Source: Eledone cirrhosa
Taxonomy: Eukaryota
NCBI GenBank assembly: GCA_964016885.1
Contig: OZ024740.1
Location: forward strand, 58,032,001 to 58,096,000
Reading direction: 5' to 3'
Length of the DNA stretch: 64,000 nucleotides
The position numbers were made by a program, and so were the translations under genes. The notes beneath the pieces were generated by a model. It saw only the letters and a list, made by a program, of their open reading frames with translations, was not told where the DNA came from and did not search any database. Below, piece by piece: positions 63,666 through 64,000 of the stretch; positions within the stretch are counted from its first letter, which is position 1, and every line of letters starts with the position of its first letter.

Positions 63666-64000
63666 GAAAAGTGTATACTAAAATACTGATAATTTTAGGT
63701 TGTCCCTCCTATAATATATTGTTTAATTGTTTTAAAGTCAACAAATTATTTCCAGCTGTCAATATGAAGTGTAATAAAATTGTTTTTCACCGAAGGATCA
63801 ACTTAAATTACAAATGAACATTTGAAAGTTTTCACAGATATCAAGTTATTAATAATCAACTGCATAATATGGCAATTGTGATTGGTCAATTGTTTTATTG
63901 GGTCATTGTACAATGTAGTTGATTGGCTGTACAATTTAAGCCCTTAAATTTGTGAATAGAAATTTGGAAATAGTTAGAATAGTGGATCTATAATGAAAAA

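Overview
AT-rich, repeat-dominated animal genomic DNA. It is most likely intergenic or intronic sequence from an octopus or other coleoid cephalopod; this is inferred from my recollection of the SINE/RTE families and is not proven. I cannot support any intact host protein-coding gene. The window holds: two near full-length, disabled RTE-clade LINEs of two subfamilies (B at 16.5-20.8 kb on +, nested antisense inside an A copy; A at 40.0-44.2 kb on -) and many truncated copies, several with a C4HC3 PHD finger inside the reverse transcriptase; a 4-kb composite Helitron-like element built around 37-bp palindromic CTAG hubs and carrying exon-like cargo; a complete decayed Tc1 element; a young Sola-like DDE transposon; TTAA-flanked MITEs; R4/Dong, Expander-like and CR1/Zenon-like remnants; a twin-primed inverted RTE; and three tRNA-type SINE families. 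The most unusual signals are the Helitron palindromes flanked by divergent 5' ends (suggesting fold-back or rolling-hairpin replication) and the PHD finger embedded in the RT.
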